In this document: in pieces, positions 59,853-64,000 of the stretch
Layout of the letters: every line of letters starts with the position of its first letter
How positions within the stretch are numbered: position 1 is the stretch's first letter
DNA from: Acaryochloridaceae cyanobacterium VAR_48_metabat_390
GTDB lineage: Bacteria > Cyanobacteriota > Cyanobacteriia > Thermosynechococcales > Thermosynechococcaceae
Length of the DNA stretch: 64,000 bases
Reading direction: 5' to 3'
Assembly: GCA_031422435.1 (NCBI GenBank)
Contig: JANPLU010000033.1
Location: 12,686-76,685 of the forward strand
Program-made: the position numbers and the translations under genes
Notes under the pieces: model-generated
Databases searched by the model: none
What the model saw: the letters and a program-made list of their open reading frames with translations, nothing else
What the model was told of the DNA's origin: nothing

Positions 59853-59906
59853 GCCAGCTTTACCATTGCCACTCTAAATTGCCAGCTTTGAATTGCCAGC
59901 TTTAGA
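59853..59906 (+). repeat. degenerate 13-15 bp tandem repeat in the HNH/dnaK divergent region
   Basis: GCCAGCTTT x3 plus GCCACTCTA, each unit followed by ..ATT. Confidence 0.65.
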
Positions 59907-60063
59907 TTTCGCCCAAAAACTGCAACCGATTACGGTTGGTTCGGTAAATACGCCTTAAGGTTTCTGCTGTAGAGCGCCACTATATAGAAGAGAGTGCAGG
60001 CGATAGACCAATTCAGTTTGGAGCGCCGACTAAATTTTGGATCAAGGAGCGAAATAACGTCTT

Positions 60064-61974
60064 ATGGCAAAAGTGGTTGGAATTGACTTGGGGACAACAA
60101 ATTCCTGCGTTGCGGTCATGGAAGGGGGCAAACCTACGGTCATCGCAAATGCCGAAGGGTTTCGCACAACGCCTTCGGTGGTGGCCTTTGCAAAAAATGG
60201 CGATCGCCTAGTCGGTCAAATTGCCAAGCGCCAGTCCGTCATGAACCCCGAAAACACCTTTTACTCGGTGAAGCGCTTTATTGGTCGCCGTGTGGATGAA
60301 GTCGGCACTGAAATGACCGAAGTGTCTTACAAAGTTTTAAACACAGGCGGCAACGTCAAAATTGATTGCCCAGCCGCAGGCAAGCAGTTCTCTCCTGAAG
60401 AAATTTCGTCTCAGGTGCTGCGGAAGCTCGTTGATGACGCCAGTAAGTATTTGGGCGAAAAAGTAACCCAGGCGGTCATCACGGTTCCAGCATACTTTAA
60501 TGACTCTCAGCGTCAAGCTACTAAAGACGCGGGCAAAATCGCAGGCATTGAGGTTCTGCGAATCATCAACGAGCCGACCGCTGCATCTCTGGCCTATGGC
60601 CTAGACCGCAAGAGCAACGAAACCATCTTGGTCTTTGACTTGGGGGGTGGTACCTTTGACGTCTCCATTTTAGAAGTGGGCGACGGCGTGTTTGAGGTGA
60701 TGTCTACCTCTGGTGACGGTCACTTGGGTGGCGATGACTTTGACAAAAAAATTGTAGACTTCCTCGCCTCTGACTTCCAAAAAAGCACTGGAATTGACCT
60801 GCGCAAAGATCGTCAGGCTTTACAGCGCCTCACCGAAGCCGCAGAAAAGGCCAAGATTGAGCTATCTAGCGTCACCCAGGCCGAAATTAACCTGCCCTTC
60901 ATCACGGCCACTCAAGATGGCCCTCAGCATTTAGACACAACCCTAACCCGCGCCAAGTTTGAAGAGCTTTGCGCTGACCTCATTGATCGCTGCCGCATCC
61001 CCGTTGAGAATGCGGTACGGGATGCCAAAATCGACAAAAATGCCCTTGATGAAATCGTGCTGGTGGGCGGTTCTACCCGAATCCCTGCGGTGCAGGAGCT
61101 GGTGCGTAAGGTCTTGGGCAAAGCTCCTAACCAAACCGTCAACCCTGATGAAGTGGTCGCCGTGGGTGCTGCCATTCAGGCGGGTGTTCTGGCTGGCGAA
61201 GTCAAGGACATTCTATTGCTCGACGTAACGCCGCTATCTCTGGGTGTAGAAACCTTGGGTGGTGTGATGACGAAGCTCATTACCCGCAATACCACCATCC
61301 CCACCAAAAAGTCGGAAACCTTCTCGACTGCCGTGGATGGTCAGACCAACGTGGAAATCCACGTCCTTCAGGGCGAACGCGAATTGGCGAACGACAACAA
61401 GAGCTTAGGAACCTTCCGTTTGGATGGTATTCCTCCCTCTCAGCGTGGCGTACCTCAGATCGAAGTTACCTTTGACATTGATGCCAACGGCATCCTTAAT
61501 GTCACCGCCAAGGACAAGGGCAGCGGCAAGGAGCAGTCTATCAATATCACTGGAGCTTCTACGCTTTCTGATGATGAAGTGAACCGCATGGTTAAAGATG
61601 CTGAGGTGAATGCCGACGCTGACCGTGAGCGCAAAGAAAAGGTGGAGGTCAAAAACCAAGCCGATACGCTGGTCTACCAAGCCAACAAACAGGTGGCTGA
61701 GTTTGCCGATAAGGTTCCTGCGGCGGACAAAGAGAAGATCGAAGGTTTGATCAAGTCTCTCGAAGAGGCGATCGCCGCCGACAACTCTGAGCAAATGAAG
61801 ACCCTCACGAGTGAACTTCAGCAGGCGCTCTATGCGATCGGCACCAGCATGTATCAGCAGGCGGGTGAAGGCGCCCCTGATGCTTCTACAGGTGCAGGCT
61901 CTGATGCTTCTGCGGGCGGCAGCACTGGTTCTGAAGATGATGTGATTGACGCTGAATTTTCAGAAAGCAAGTAA
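60064..61974 (+). CDS. dnaK: chaperone DnaK (DnaK2-like)
   Basis: [26 protein letters not shown]-terminal [10 protein letters not shown]. Confidence 0.98.
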   Translation: MAKVVGIDLGTTNSCVAVMEGGKPTVIANAEGFRTTPSVVAFAKNGDRLVGQIAKRQSVMNPENTFYSVKRFIGRRVDEVGTEMTEVSYKVLNTGGNVKIDCPAAGKQFSPEEISSQVLRKLVDDASKYLGEKVTQAVITVPAYFNDSQRQATKDAGKIAGIEVLRIINEPTAASLAYGLDRKSNETILVFDLGGGTFDVSILEVGDGVFEVMSTSGDGHLGGDDFDKKIVDFLASDFQKSTGIDLRKDRQALQRLTEAAEKAKIELSSVTQAEINLPFITATQDGPQHLDTTLTRAKFEELCADLIDRCRIPVENAVRDAKIDKNALDEIVLVGGSTRIPAVQELVRKVLGKAPNQTVNPDEVVAVGAAIQAGVLAGEVKDILLLDVTPLSLGVETLGGVMTKLITRNTTIPTKKSETFSTAVDGQTNVEIHVLQGERELANDNKSLGTFRLDGIPPSQRGVPQIEVTFDIDANGILNVTAKDKGSGKEQSINITGASTLSDDEVNRMVKDAEVNADADRERKEKVEVKNQADTLVYQANKQVAEFADKVPAADKEKIEGLIKSLEEAIAADNSEQMKTLTSELQQALYAIGTSMYQQAGEGAPDASTGAGSDASAGGSTGSEDDVIDAEFSESK

Positions 61975-61982
61975 CCACCCAT

Positions 61983-62014
61983 TCAGAAAGGCTAGCGCCT
62001 GTTAGCCTTTCTGA
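61983..62014 (+). terminator. hairpin after dnaK (second hairpin with T-tract at ~62042..62079)
   Basis: TCAGAAAGGCTAGC-GCCT-GTTAGCCTTTCTGA. Confidence 0.7.
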
Positions 62015-62195
62015 TTGCCATGACAATTGCTCCTTCAGATTTCCCCCCTATTGCACTCTTTCCGCAGGGGGGATTTTTTATTGGACGAAAAGTAGAGAGA
62101 TCGCACTCTATTTGGCTATGGTGGCGATCGCCTTTGCAAACGCTCCACGACTGATTGAGCGATCACACATCAGAAAAACTGTTTTTCCAAGAAAA

Positions 62196-63864
62196 TTATC
62201 CCTCTTCAAACCAATCCGACTGCCTGGCTCGCTGCGCATCACGTTCATAAGATTCTGACAAACTTCTAAGAGTGACTGCAAAACGCTGATATCCAGCATT
62301 TTCGACTTGTTCGGCTTTCTGTCGATATTGCTCAGCAAGCTCCAACTCAGGTTTTCCTGTGGGATCAACAAAACGAGCACCGAGCGAGTTATAAATTCCT
62401 GTGTGGAATCCATCTCGCATATCTTCTGCATCTCTTGCATTCAGTGCATCGGCTACGGTCTGATTAATCCACAATCCATTTGTGTCAGGTGGACAATGAA
62501 TAAGAACCTGGCCTATATGGATGAATGCAACCTCTAAATGTCCAGATTCCATACAAATTTCTTTCACTCTGTAAAGCCAAGTTGAGAAATGAAAGTCGTT
62601 GAGACTGCCATCTTCTTGCATTCCAGGGAGAGTACGCCACTCGTCAAGTAACTGATAGGCATTTGTTGCAATTGCCTGTGTCTTCTCGGATGGATTATTA
62701 GTAGCGATATTAGAATTCTTCGAGCGATAAATCAAGCGAATCAATTTACAGAAAAACTCTGGATCGTTGGCGAGGCGATTTTCTAGTGATTTTGGGGTGG
62801 CTTCGTAATGACCATCTAGAAAAGGCAAATAAGCCCACTCCACACGAAAAAGATCATCTGGATTTACTTCTGGGGTCTCCTGAAGCATCTTGATGAGTTC
62901 TACGACGTGATATGGATCCATTGAACTTGATGGCTCTGATGAAGATAATGCATCAATCAAGGCTTTAACACAGAGGTCTAAATTGATTGGCTGTTTATCG
63001 GAACGCATTCTCTCTAAACAGTTGATTGCGGCGTTAGGTCTTTTATGCTCAATTAGCTTTTCAATGGCAATATCTAAAGCGTTATCTGCTTGATAGGGGT
63101 TTACATTGATTTTTAGCCAATAGTCGCCCTGTAAATTTGCTAGCCACTTTTCGACACGATCCCACGTTTCAATAGCAAATGGTAGATATCTGAGAAACTG
63201 ACTGAAATGTCCATCAGCCCATCCTGACTTGTCTAGTTCATCAGCCCAAGACCAGCCATTAGTATAGTAACGACTCCAGATATATCCTTTTATAAAAGAC
63301 GAGAGTTTATGATTTTCTGTCTCTAAATATTTAGGTATCAAAACTCTGTCAATCTCTTCATTTGCGATACGTCCAAGAAAGTGTCCCACTTGACCCAGCA
63401 CTGATTCGGCAGCCTCAGCAAATTGAATAACTGATTCGATTCCGCCTAATTTTAATATTTCCTCGACAGCTTTTTGACGGCGTTCATTAAGCTTTTTTTG
63501 TTGCTCTTCCCAATGGCCTTTTTCTTCATAAAGATCAAAGTCTCTGTTAGAGAATAAATGCTGATAGAGGTAAAAAGGGGTTGTTGGAGCTAATTTGTTG
63601 GCAACTGTCTCAATAGAAGAAAGTAACTCATCACTCAACACCCATACAGCATCAGAAAATCGTCTATGCTTGGTTGTGAGTTTTTTGAGCCTATCCCAAA
63701 GATGTAACCGTTTGTCTTCAGAAAAGCCTGAAATGGCATCAGACGATAAGACTTCAATCAGTTTGTCAAATGAGGGCTTTGGAAGGTTATTGAAATGGTT
63801 AATAAGTTCACTGAGCTTGGTTAAATCATAATTTGCCATTGATACAGCAAGTTCAGAATAAAAC
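62196..63864 (-). pseudogene. 3' part of a large helical hypothetical protein gene, interrupted by an IS
   Basis: Frame continues upstream of the ATG (FYSELAVSM) to the IS boundary; AT-rich, no HIP1. Confidence 0.7.
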
Positions 63865-64000
63865 GGCGTTGTTGCATAAGTGGAATCTAGGACAGAAATC
63901 CCCCTTTATTGAGGTTGGATTAAGCAGCAACTGGAACACTGACAGGCTTACCCAATTGAATCATCCGGTTCAGCATCGCGCATTGACACAATAATTCTGT
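63865..64000 (-). mobile_element. IS5 family (IS903 group) element, right end
   Basis: TIR GGCGTTGTTGCATAAGT (cf. IS903 GGCTTTGTTGAATAAAT); transposase C-terminus TELLCQCAMLNRMIQLGKPVSVPVAA*, stop at 63920..63922. Confidence 0.85.

Noticed and set aside
59853..59906. CRISPR array (also considered for 16659..16694)
   Set aside because: Units of 13-15 bp with no unique spacers, and no cas genes in the window.
1..64000. Frequent GCGATCGC as a novel repeat
   Set aside because: This is the well-known cyanobacterial HIP1 octamer.

Overview
Chromosomal window from a cyanobacterium: the HIP1 octamer GCGATCGC is abundant, and nblB, cruA, furA, ftsH3-like and dnaK2-like genes are present. Most of it is housekeeping and nutrient metabolism: sat, dps, phoX, fur, tsaE, rimK-like, a (6-4) photolyase, a MacAB/DevBCA-type exporter, pstSCAB with a clear Pho box, carB, ftsH and dnaK. 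The standout is a cyanophycin locus, cphA-like / cphB / cphA1 / putA. Its first gene is a close, indel-free duplicate of cphA1 over 738 codons. It keeps every ATP-grasp motif but has lost the Mur-ligase (Arg-adding) catalytic motifs and two N-domain hydrolase residues, and its lid domain is replaced by a ~272 aa unrelated tail. It may be an independently evolved CphA2-like polymerase, a poly-Asp synthetase or a granule/regulatory subunit. Other accessory elements: a small 2xCxxC protein + TpsA-like + CHAT protease module, a GtrA/GT-C glycosylation cluster with three methyltransferases, two copies of a ~167 bp MITE, IS982 relics, and a foreign-looking gene broken by an IS5/IS903-group element at the right edge. 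No rRNA, tRNA or CRISPR array was seen. All calls come from reading motifs by eye; no searches were run.
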